NCBI GenBank assembly: GCA_963703315.1
Contig: OY969811.1
Location: 1,696,001 to 1,760,000, forward strand
Direction: 5' to 3'
Length of the DNA: 64,000 nt
DNA from: an uncultured cyanobacterium
GTDB taxonomy: Bacteria; Cyanobacteriota; Cyanobacteriia; Pseudanabaenales; Pseudanabaenaceae
A program made the position numbers and the translations under genes. Of the stretch, positions 54,188 through 62,477 are shown piece after piece (within the stretch, counting starts at the first letter, position 1; the number at the start of each line of letters is the position of its first letter). Under the pieces are notes generated by a model. That model saw only the letters and a list, made by a program, of their open reading frames with translations, did not search any database and was not told the DNA's origin.

Positions 54188-55228
54188 CTAAAAATTTTCA
54201 TGCAGTGTGAATTCTGCCCAAGGATCTTCTGTTAGTATTCTTCCAATACCTAACAAAGAGGGCATACTAGGGCTTCTCATAAAAAAGTTATAATCTGGTG
54301 CAAAATCTGGAGGGAATTGTATTTCTTTACAAATTGCCACAGCAAAATCTTCACAGGCGGCTAAAGTCTCACGAACAAAGTATGCAACAAAATAATTTAA
54401 AGAACCAATAGAACCATTTTCTAAAATTTCTTCTGGAAACTGCATGAGTTCACGAAAGGTTAATGGTGATGAATTTACTCCAATAGAAAAACCTTTCTTA
54501 TCAACATAAATTAAAGGCTCTTGAATAGGTTGATGAACAATTGAATCTCGTACATCTCTCAGTTTACAAAAGAAAGGAGCATATTTTGAATACCATTCTG
54601 CAAGTCTTGGGCTAATCCCAAAACGCTTTTGAATATCTTCAGGAGACTGAATTACGTTGTTAAATAAAACTATGCGTGCAAAACTCTTGGGTAATTCTTT
54701 TTTTTTAGTAGAGCTATCGATCAGATTGATAGTGTCCCATATTCTAGAGACAATTTCTTGAAGTAAGTCAAATATACTGCGGCAAGTCAAAAGGAGATAC
54801 TCTAATTCCGTAGTAACCAATCTAGGTGTAATCTCAAAATCCCCAAATGAACGAATCAAATCCATCTTTTTCAAACTTGCTCCAATGTTAAAAACATCTG
54901 ATATAAGTGCTGATGTAAACGATTTAATTTGTTTGAGATCAATATGTTTATAAATAAAGTCAATAAAAAGAAAATAAGCATCACTATTAAGAACTGGCTG
55001 TGTTGCTAGATAAATAGATTCTATGCAACCATGTATCTGGATAGGTTGCAAAAGCCCATTCTCTAAAGGAAACCAACAATGCCATTGTTTACCATCATGG
55101 AACATATGAACGGGAATAGGTCTTCCTTTTAGATGCTCAAGTTTTAAGTAAGGAAGAGCTTCAGGATAGATAGCGCTATAGTCATTTGAATCACCTTGCA
55201 TAAAAACCTTATGAATATTTTTAGTCAT
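54188..55228 (-). CDS. AT-rich hypothetical protein, probable HEPN (Cthe_2314-like) domain
   Basis: ELEYLLLTCRSIFDLL and RDSIVH (RxxxxH). Confidence 0.6.
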   Translation of the reverse strand: MTKNIHKVFMQGDSNDYSAIYPEALPYLKLEHLKGRPIPVHMFHDGKQWHCWFPLENGLLQPIQIHGCIESIYLATQPVLNSDAYFLFIDFIYKHIDLKQIKSFTSALISDVFNIGASLKKMDLIRSFGDFEITPRLVTTELEYLLLTCRSIFDLLQEIVSRIWDTINLIDSSTKKKELPKSFARIVLFNNVIQSPEDIQKRFGISPRLAEWYSKYAPFFCKLRDVRDSIVHQPIQEPLIYVDKKGFSIGVNSSPLTFRELMQFPEEILENGSIGSLNYFVAYFVRETLAACEDFAVAICKEIQFPPDFAPDYNFFMRSPSMPSLLGIGRILTEDPWAEFTLHENF

Positions 55229-55238
55229 AACTTTTATA

Positions 55239-56201
55239 TCATTCTAAATCAACTAAGCTCAACCTTGAGGTTTGTTCTTTTTTACCTAGAGATACTTCTA
55301 ACTTCTTCAAAAGCTCTATACTCACTTCCGCAAAAGCTTTAGCTCCACTTGAATTGTGATTAGAAATAGACACAGGCACGAAGTTATCTACGGCTTTGGC
55401 AATATTTACATCATTGGGAATTTTGGTTTTAAAAATCTTGGCTGTGCCAAAGTCCGTCGCGACTCGATCCATCACCTTTTGATAATATCTGCTCAGTGTA
55501 AAACCTGCTGACATACTGAAGACAATACCCAAAAGTTGAATATTAATTGAGTTATCTTCTCGATAGACTTCACGCAATCTTTCAATGCGTCTTTCTAATA
55601 GCTGAATACCAACTACCGATAGAGGCTCAGGTCGCGCTGGCATCAGGTAATAATCGCTGGCGACAATGCTGCTACGTGTAATCAGGTTATAGCCGGGGGC
55701 GCAGTCGAGAATGATGAAATCGTAGTTTTTAATTGCAGGGGCAAGAATGCCTTTAATTAAGGTTTGCTCAAATCGGCTCCAAGTTTGCTGAAAGGTTTGC
55801 TTTTCTTCGTATAGCAGCGATCGGTTATACAGCATTTCGGAAACGAGAAATTCATCGTATAGATCAATATCTCCAACTAATAGATCTAAGCCTTGTACTT
55901 TGCAAACATGGGGAATAACAATATCTTTAATTTGGTAGACTTTTTCTTCAGGATCTTCGACCTGTACACCATAACGGGCGATCGCCTGACTAACTAAATG
56001 TCTAAGGGTGCGATTTTCTTTACGACACTTGGCAAACTCGGCTGGGGAAATCATGCTGAGGGTGGCGCTGATTTGGGTATCTAAATCGACGACTAAGACC
56101 TTTTTACGATGGATTTTTGCTAAACAGGTGGCAATATTTACAGTTAAGGTGGTTTTGCCGACTCCACCTTTCATATTGACCGTCGCGATTACTTGACCCA
56201 T
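55239..56201 (-). CDS. ParA family ATPase (no adjacent parB)
   Basis: KGGVGKTT, VDLDTQ, ILDCAP, PEPLS. Confidence 0.92.
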   Translation of the reverse strand: MGQVIATVNMKGGVGKTTLTVNIATCLAKIHRKKVLVVDLDTQISATLSMISPAEFAKCRKENRTLRHLVSQAIARYGVQVEDPEEKVYQIKDIVIPHVCKVQGLDLLVGDIDLYDEFLVSEMLYNRSLLYEEKQTFQQTWSRFEQTLIKGILAPAIKNYDFIILDCAPGYNLITRSSIVASDYYLMPARPEPLSVVGIQLLERRIERLREVYREDNSINIQLLGIVFSMSAGFTLSRYYQKVMDRVATDFGTAKIFKTKIPNDVNIAKAVDNFVPVSISNHNSSGAKAFAEVSIELLKKLEVSLGKKEQTSRLSLVDLE

Positions 56202-56362
56202 GATTTCAATACCCACAAAATACAGTTTTTAAAAGGTGAAGCTCGGTGAAGCTCTTTGAGCCGTTTATCCTAAATCATTTTTAGTGAGTTAACAATACAC
56301 CATTCAACTGGTAAGTAATCAGTAGAAAATCATCATGGTAGAGACTATGCAAAGTAATGACT

Positions 56363-56917
56363 CTAGTTAAGGTTTGGGTTCACAACATGACCTCTGGTGG
56401 GGTCAGGAATAAATAAACCAAGACGGAGCGATCGCAATAGGGCTTCCCAGACTGCACGCATTTGCTCCTCGCCTTCTGTCCAATAGTCAAAGGTAAACAA
56501 GACCTGAACATTGCCGCCAATGCCTACTAAAATGCGCGAGGTTGCCTCTCTTTTTTCGGTAGCATCAATATAGCGAATATCTGCCCAAACTAGCCTCATA
56601 CCATCACGATTGGCACTGGTAACTTTGCCTTTATAGAGAATTTCGCGATCGTCGTCATCCAGAATTTGCTGAAGAGTTTTTTTGAGCGGAAATGTCGTCC
56701 AATCGTTAGGGGGCAAGCGATTAAAGGACATTTCTAATGCGCCTGTATCATCGGTTGGCTCAAAATCATGGAAGCTGACGGACTTTTCTTTAAATTTCAC
56801 GATCCAGTCTTTCGGGAAATCAAAGCGCACAGCGCCGCGATCGGCAACAAATATTTTGTAGCCTTTTTCCGACTCCCAACCATGATCGTCCCTTAAAGTG
56901 AAGTCTTTTTTTCTCAT
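56363..56917 (-). CDS. Hypothetical protein (possibly PsbP/Mog1-like fold)
   Basis: 184-aa ORF; FDFPKDW motif. Confidence 0.65.
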   Translation of the reverse strand: MRKKDFTLRDDHGWESEKGYKIFVADRGAVRFDFPKDWIVKFKEKSVSFHDFEPTDDTGALEMSFNRLPPNDWTTFPLKKTLQQILDDDDREILYKGKVTSANRDGMRLVWADIRYIDATEKREATSRILVGIGGNVQVLFTFDYWTEGEEQMRAVWEALLRSLRLGLFIPDPTRGHVVNPNLN

Positions 56918-56968
56918 GTTTTTGCATAAAAGTAGAAGAGGACATTTTGCGTCCTCCTCTACTTTATT

Positions 56969-57640
56969 TTATTTTTGGGAAAATGCGGGTAAAACAAAGG
57001 CGATCGCAATACCAACGATAACAAGTATTTCAAAAATCAATAGAACCGTGCTAGAAGGTTTGAGTTGAAATCCTTTAAACCAAGACTTGGGCATATCTTC
57101 AGCGCGAACTTTCCAATTGTAGATAGATAGCAATAGTGGCAATCCGCCTACCTTAGCACTCATCAGTAGATGCATTGCTATAGAAACAATCATTAATAAC
57201 CATGAAATCAAATGTCCGATGTACCAAACATGGTTCAATTCTTCATTAGGTAGCCATTCCTCTTGCATCATTCGACCTGTAATCACCGCAAAGGTAGCAG
57301 ATAGAAGGATAAGTGTATTAGTGAGACGCTGTAGAGATATCCACCAAATGGGTTTACCCACTTCTGTAAGCTGTCTAAGTGATTGAGCCTGAACTAAGCG
57401 TCGTGAACCTAGGTGGAAGCAATATATAGCAAAAATTGGTAAGAGAATTAAGAATGTTAAAGCGATCGTGCCGTGAATTCCTTGGGTATTGGGAACTATC
57501 GGTAAGTTAAGAGTCCCAAATCGCTTATCAAATCGGTCATAGACCATAAAGCCTGTAATTAAGGCTGCGAAGACTAATATAGCGATCGCACTATGCAGCA
57601 ATCTCAACAGGACAGGCTGATATGGAGTAGTTTGAGACAT
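56969..57640 (-). CDS. Cytochrome b/b6 domain membrane protein
   Basis: YQPVLLRLLH, GIHGT, GHLISW, MHLLM (His heme ligands). Confidence 0.82.
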   Translation of the reverse strand: MSQTTPYQPVLLRLLHSAIAILVFAALITGFMVYDRFDKRFGTLNLPIVPNTQGIHGTIALTFLILLPIFAIYCFHLGSRRLVQAQSLRQLTEVGKPIWWISLQRLTNTLILLSATFAVITGRMMQEEWLPNEELNHVWYIGHLISWLLMIVSIAMHLLMSAKVGGLPLLLSIYNWKVRAEDMPKSWFKGFQLKPSSTVLLIFEILVIVGIAIAFVLPAFSQK

Positions 57641-57680
57641 GATGTTTTTGTTATAGTCCAAATAATTACATAAATAAAAC

Positions 57681-57896
57681 ATGAACAAGAAACTAATAAG
57701 TAAGGTCTTAGCGATTCTTACTGCCCACTTTGTGTTTTATATTATGATGTTTTTTACGAGTAATTCCGTTGCTAGCGCACCTGCTATATCACAAGCGCTT
57801 AAATGGTTAAGCTTTGGTATTCATGAACAGTATGGTGTTTGGACATTAATCTGTATTGCCTTTATGGCTGACTCATTTTTTAAAAGAATTCTTTAG
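57681..57896 (+). CDS. Small membrane hypothetical protein
   Basis: 71 aa with two hydrophobic segments. Confidence 0.55.
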   Translation: MNKKLISKVLAILTAHFVFYIMMFFTSNSVASAPAISQALKWLSFGIHEQYGVWTLICIAFMADSFFKRIL

Positions 57897-57906
57897 GGAT
57901 ATAACA

Positions 57907-58086
57907 ATGGCAAAATTTTTGATGTATTTCGCGATGTTTGTGGGAGCAATTGTGATTGCTGCTTGGGTATCGCGTGAAGCTAGCTACTTTTTTAATAACT
58001 TGCTTTATTGGATTCGCTATAACTGGTTGCCATTCTTTGGATTAGTAGTTTTAGGAGCGATCGCCTACAAAGTTCTTAGTAAGTAA
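57907..58086 (+). CDS. Small membrane hypothetical protein
   Basis: 59 aa, GGGA upstream, two hydrophobic segments. Confidence 0.6.
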   Translation: MAKFLMYFAMFVGAIVIAAWVSREASYFFNNLLYWIRYNWLPFFGLVVLGAIAYKVLSK

Positions 58087-58113
58087 GTCATGATTCAACT
58101 TGCATGATCCAAC

Positions 58114-59637
58114 ATGGTAGATAACCTAGAGCGAATTCTTACGGCTTGCGATCGCCACACACTAGCAGGTCAACGCGATTACGCAATTTTGCGATTATTG
58201 AGCGAGAATTCGCTAAAACGGCAACAGGTAGCGGCGACTAATATTAGTGATTTTGACTTTGAAGGGCGATCGCTACAGATTTACAAACGCTATAAGCGAC
58301 AAGAACAAGCCAATCAGAAGGAAATCATTAGTCTCAGTTTAGACACAGCCACCGCATTACAAGACTGGCTTAATTTGATTCATCTTCCTAGTGAAAACGA
58401 AGAGTCTCAAACACCTATATTTATATCGCTAGATCGCGCTAAGTATGGGCATAGACTGACAGGAACAGCGATCTATGGCATTGTCAAACGGGTAGCAGCT
58501 AATGCGGGCATTAATGAGGCGATCGCACCTGAACAGTTGCGATTTCGTCAAGAAAAAAATGCCTTAAACCAAGATTTTGAGACACTTAATAAGACTATAG
58601 ATGCGACTAAAGAGACTCAGTTAAGACTTAGCTCTGTATCTAATTTAGAATATGAGAATCAAGACGGGACTCATTTAGATACTAGTGAGACTCGAATAAG
58701 CGCGATTCCCTACGCCCTGACAGAATTTAATCCAGACATTCTCACTTCTCTTCTAGCCGACAAACGGAGTCTTAACACTAGACGTGCTTATGAGAAAGAT
58801 TTACGTTACTTTTTTCTTGCGGCGTACGGACAAAAGCCCACAGAGACAGTGATTGCCCAATTTTTACAATTAAATCGTTTCGAGGCGATCGCGATCGTTC
58901 TTCGCTACAAATCAGACCTGATTACACAAGGATTAAAAGAATCCACAATTAACCGCCGCCTCTCTGCCCTCAAGTCATTGGTTAATTTCGCCGCTAAATT
59001 AGGGAAATGCAATTGGAATCTCGATGATATCCAAACGGAAACTGTCCAAACCTATCGCGATACGACTGGGATTAAGCCCAATGGAATCCGCACAATGCTG
59101 TTATACATTAAACGTGACACACCAAAAGGAAAGCGTGATTTTGCAATTTTGAGACTACTTTGGGACAACGCTCTGCGTCGTAATGAAGTCGTTAGTGCGA
59201 ATATTGGTGATTTTGACTATGAAGGGCGATCGCTGCAAATTTTAGGAAAGGGACGCGGCTCTCAAAAGAGTCTTATTAGTCTTAGTTTAGGAACAGCTAA
59301 CGCAATTCAAGACTGGCTATCTCAAAACAAGACAAAAAGTTGCGATCGCCCGTTATTCTATGCCCTCGATCCTGTCAATCACGGTCACAGACTGACTGGC
59401 ACAGCAATTTACCAAATTGTTGATCAACTTGCGCGAGACTCAGGAATTTCTAAAAAAATGTCTCCTCACCGCATCCGCCACTCTGCAATCACCGCCGCCC
59501 TCGATGCCACCAATGGCAATGTTCGCAAAGTACAAAAGCTATCACGCCATAAGAAGCTCGACACTCTCATGCTCTACGACGACAATCGCACCAATATGCA
59601 AGGCGAAGTATCAAGCTTGCTAGGCGATTTAATCTAA
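58114..59637 (+). CDS. Tyrosine recombinase (XerC-like) with an extra degenerate N-terminal catalytic-domain copy
   Basis: DKRSLNTRRAYEKDL; ALRRNE, GKG, PHRIRH, SRH, LY. Confidence 0.9.
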   Translation: MVDNLERILTACDRHTLAGQRDYAILRLLSENSLKRQQVAATNISDFDFEGRSLQIYKRYKRQEQANQKEIISLSLDTATALQDWLNLIHLPSENEESQTPIFISLDRAKYGHRLTGTAIYGIVKRVAANAGINEAIAPEQLRFRQEKNALNQDFETLNKTIDATKETQLRLSSVSNLEYENQDGTHLDTSETRISAIPYALTEFNPDILTSLLADKRSLNTRRAYEKDLRYFFLAAYGQKPTETVIAQFLQLNRFEAIAIVLRYKSDLITQGLKESTINRRLSALKSLVNFAAKLGKCNWNLDDIQTETVQTYRDTTGIKPNGIRTMLLYIKRDTPKGKRDFAILRLLWDNALRRNEVVSANIGDFDYEGRSLQILGKGRGSQKSLISLSLGTANAIQDWLSQNKTKSCDRPLFYALDPVNHGHRLTGTAIYQIVDQLARDSGISKKMSPHRIRHSAITAALDATNGNVRKVQKLSRHKKLDTLMLYDDNRTNMQGEVSSLLGDLI

Positions 59638-59649
59638 GTAGCCAGCCAG

Positions 59650-59684
59650 AGCTTGTGCCGCCCGCTACGCGGGCGGCACAAGCT
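59650..59684. repeat. Hairpin AGCTTGTGCCGCCCGC-N3-GCGGGCGGCACAAGCT; second copy at 62412-62446
   Basis: Identical 16-bp arms at both sites. Confidence 0.9.
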
Positions 59685-59703
59685 TCTAGGTTTGGGGCAA
59701 TAT

Positions 59704-60039
59704 TCAATAAATACAAGCATCCAAAATACTCAAAACCTCAGCTAAAAGCTCATCCGCAGCAGCCTCTATCAACTTCACCTTTCTTGACTTGTAATCGATA
59801 GACTTTACCTGCTCCACCATCACATAGCCAGTTAGCCTTTTACTATTAGAAATTTCTACATGAAAAGGAAAATCACGTTTCGTATTTGTAATCGGACAGA
59901 CAATCGCTAAACCTGTATGCTGATTGAACAGAGTATTACTCACCACTAAAGCAGGTCGTCTCCCCTTCTGCTCATGTCCAGACTGCGGATCAAAAGTGAG
60001 GATAATCAAATCGCCCTTTTTGGGAATGTAACTAGCCAT
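59704..60039 (-). CDS. mazF: MazF/PemK family toxin
   Basis: FDPQSGHEQKGRRPALVVS, CPIT, EQVKSID. Confidence 0.95.
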   Translation of the reverse strand: MASYIPKKGDLIILTFDPQSGHEQKGRRPALVVSNTLFNQHTGLAIVCPITNTKRDFPFHVEISNSKRLTGYVMVEQVKSIDYKSRKVKLIEAAADELLAEVLSILDACIY

Positions 60040-60288
60040 TTACCAAACTTCCAAACCCATAGGCGATCCCCAATCTTCTTCTTGAGACTTATAGTTAGAA
60101 GGGATTTTGGAAACTAGATCTTCCAGACTATACTTACCACGAATTTTGCGAATAGGCTTGATCACAATCTGCTCTTTCGTGGTGACAATCTCTAATGCGT
60201 CGCCAACCAAAATATTAGCCTCAGCTAAAACATCTTTACTAAGCCTAATTCCCTGACTGTTACCCCATTTCTGGACTTTGACTAACAT
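60040..60288 (-). CDS. mazE: MazE/AbrB family antitoxin
   Basis: VQKWGNSQGIRL, YSLEDLV, DWGSPMGLEVW. Confidence 0.95.
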   Translation of the reverse strand: MLVKVQKWGNSQGIRLSKDVLAEANILVGDALEIVTTKEQIVIKPIRKIRGKYSLEDLVSKIPSNYKSQEEDWGSPMGLEVW

Positions 60289-60380
60289 AACTTTTGGTAA
60301 TTATTTGTGCAAAGAATGTATAGCCTAAGTATAGCCTAAAAATAAATCTCAATTTATGCGATTTTTTATGCGATCGCATT

Positions 60381-62291
60381 TCATGCTTTACGACACAAAT
60401 TTTGCCAATGTGTCCAGATGATGACCATTGCCATCGTATCAAGGCGGCAATATTGATAGAGCAGTTCTTTCCATTGCGATCGCACTGCTTGATTGTCAAT
60501 CCCATGATCGCGGTTTTCACCATACATCAAGTCTTGATAAGCTAGCATCGCTCCTGCACCTTCATTGACAACTTGGATGCGATCGCCGATTTGTAGTTGG
60601 CATAAAACATCGTAGGGACTGAGAATCTCTCCATCAACTTCGCGATAATATTCCTTAAAATAAGGGATTTCATGTAGATAGGGATTAGTTTTCCAAACCG
60701 CAGGTAACACACATTTTAGGGAAGTCCGTCCTTTCATGAGGGGATGGAAGTAATGTTTGAGAGTAAGTGCATTCATATCAACTAAATGCGATTTGCCCTT
60801 ATTGCCCAGTTTAGCCGTATTTGCCAACCATGTTTGTAGTTGTGGATTTTGATAGTTATAGGTTTCCATTTGATAGTAAATATCGCGCAACACACTATTC
60901 TCATGGGTTGCCCATGTCAAAATTGTCCCGCGATCGCCTAAGCATTCCATCAGGGATTCCGCAAATTGAAAATTGGGGAAAGTATTCTCCAGATCTAACC
61001 ATTCAGTTTGCATTGGTGTTGCATCTGGCTCAGTGATGGTGTGACAACTCCACTGGAAGGCAACCTGCTCATAGGGCTGCATTCCCGCACGATAGGGAAT
61101 CGCCATCCGTGAGGTTTCAAAATCGATAAAATGAATGGGATACTCAACCTGTTGAACGATTTTGGGCAAATATTCAGAAATCCATTCTTTGTTTTTTTGC
61201 GTATATTCAATCTGAATCAACTGACGATGACTGTAGGTATAATCATTAAGTTCTTCTAAAGGCACATGAAACATACTTACTTTCTTTTGCTGAATGAGTT
61301 CATTAACTAAAGGCGTTTCATGACCACCAATTCTTCCCATTTGATAGAGTTCTAATACATGGTGTTCGACTTCGGCAAGATCGCCCCAACATTCCTTAAA
61401 TCCATCACGAGGATCGCGATCGCTAGCTCGATATTCACAGCCTTTACAGCTTTTACTAATGGGAGCAAAAATTTCAGGCGATCGCTCGATCAAATATTTA
61501 ATATATGTTTGGGCGGAGGCGATCGTCGGCTCAACTAGTTCCGCCACTTCTGTTTCAATATTGACTTTAGTAAGTAATTGATCATTATAGATTTCTTGAA
61601 TATCACCTGTAAACTTAATCGCAATACCATTAAGCTTTGAGAAAGAATTGCGCTGTGTATATGAGCGCTGAATTTGGAAATAGGAGGCGAGATGGTCAAT
61701 GGCTGTAGTTTTATTTCTGTCGGGTACAAGCAAATAGGGAGAAATCTTGGCATCAAGACTGGGTAAATGTTCCCTGAGCATTTCTTGCAAAATTCCAACT
61801 TGATAGGCAACGTCTTCGATAATATATCTCCATTCACCGCCAACTTTGCCAGTACGTTTATTCCGAAAGATCGAGAGATTGCGATATTTAACTAAGTCCT
61901 CATGGATAGCACTATCAAAGCCTTTAGTTCTGATTTCAATAATCTCAAGGCGATCGCCTTCTTTGATCAGAATATCTGCACGAGCGAGCTTATGGTTAGA
62001 ATAGAGAACAGGCTCAAACAGAATTACATTCTCTTGTTGTAAATAGGTAAATGTCTCTTGAACTGCATTGGCAATACTTTCATCGGAGTTGAGATTGGCA
62101 GAGATATAAATGCCTTCAGGGTAGAGAAGGTGGGCAATCTTACTAATGATGAAATTCCCATCCGCTAATATTCTGGTATATGCATCTACTCGATCAACAG
62201 TAGGATAGCCCAACTTTTTGTAATAGAGTTTAGTCGTACAACTGCGGGCAGTCTTGAGATCGGATTTTGTCAGATAAATAGGATGGGGCAT
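60381..62291 (-). CDS. DUF2779 domain protein (predicted nuclease)
   Basis: ARADIL..EIR, DVAYQ, CKGC, FIDFET, FQWSCH, SLKCVLP, YCRLDT. Confidence 0.85.
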   Translation of the reverse strand: MPHPIYLTKSDLKTARSCTTKLYYKKLGYPTVDRVDAYTRILADGNFIISKIAHLLYPEGIYISANLNSDESIANAVQETFTYLQQENVILFEPVLYSNHKLARADILIKEGDRLEIIEIRTKGFDSAIHEDLVKYRNLSIFRNKRTGKVGGEWRYIIEDVAYQVGILQEMLREHLPSLDAKISPYLLVPDRNKTTAIDHLASYFQIQRSYTQRNSFSKLNGIAIKFTGDIQEIYNDQLLTKVNIETEVAELVEPTIASAQTYIKYLIERSPEIFAPISKSCKGCEYRASDRDPRDGFKECWGDLAEVEHHVLELYQMGRIGGHETPLVNELIQQKKVSMFHVPLEELNDYTYSHRQLIQIEYTQKNKEWISEYLPKIVQQVEYPIHFIDFETSRMAIPYRAGMQPYEQVAFQWSCHTITEPDATPMQTEWLDLENTFPNFQFAESLMECLGDRGTILTWATHENSVLRDIYYQMETYNYQNPQLQTWLANTAKLGNKGKSHLVDMNALTLKHYFHPLMKGRTSLKCVLPAVWKTNPYLHEIPYFKEYYREVDGEILSPYDVLCQLQIGDRIQVVNEGAGAMLAYQDLMYGENRDHGIDNQAVRSQWKELLYQYCRLDTMAMVIIWTHWQNLCRKA

Positions 62292-62477
62292 ACTGCCTAG
62301 TAGTTTTAATGTTCTAAAGTTATAGGTTTCAAATTAAGATATATGGCATATTCCGCTATATATCTTAATTTTAAGCTAAGTAGTTAAGCATAAGTAAAGT
62401 TAAAGCCCAAAAGCTTGTGCCGCCCGCTAAGCGGGCGGCACAAGCTCTAAATTATTCATTTTTGAGGAGAGATTATA

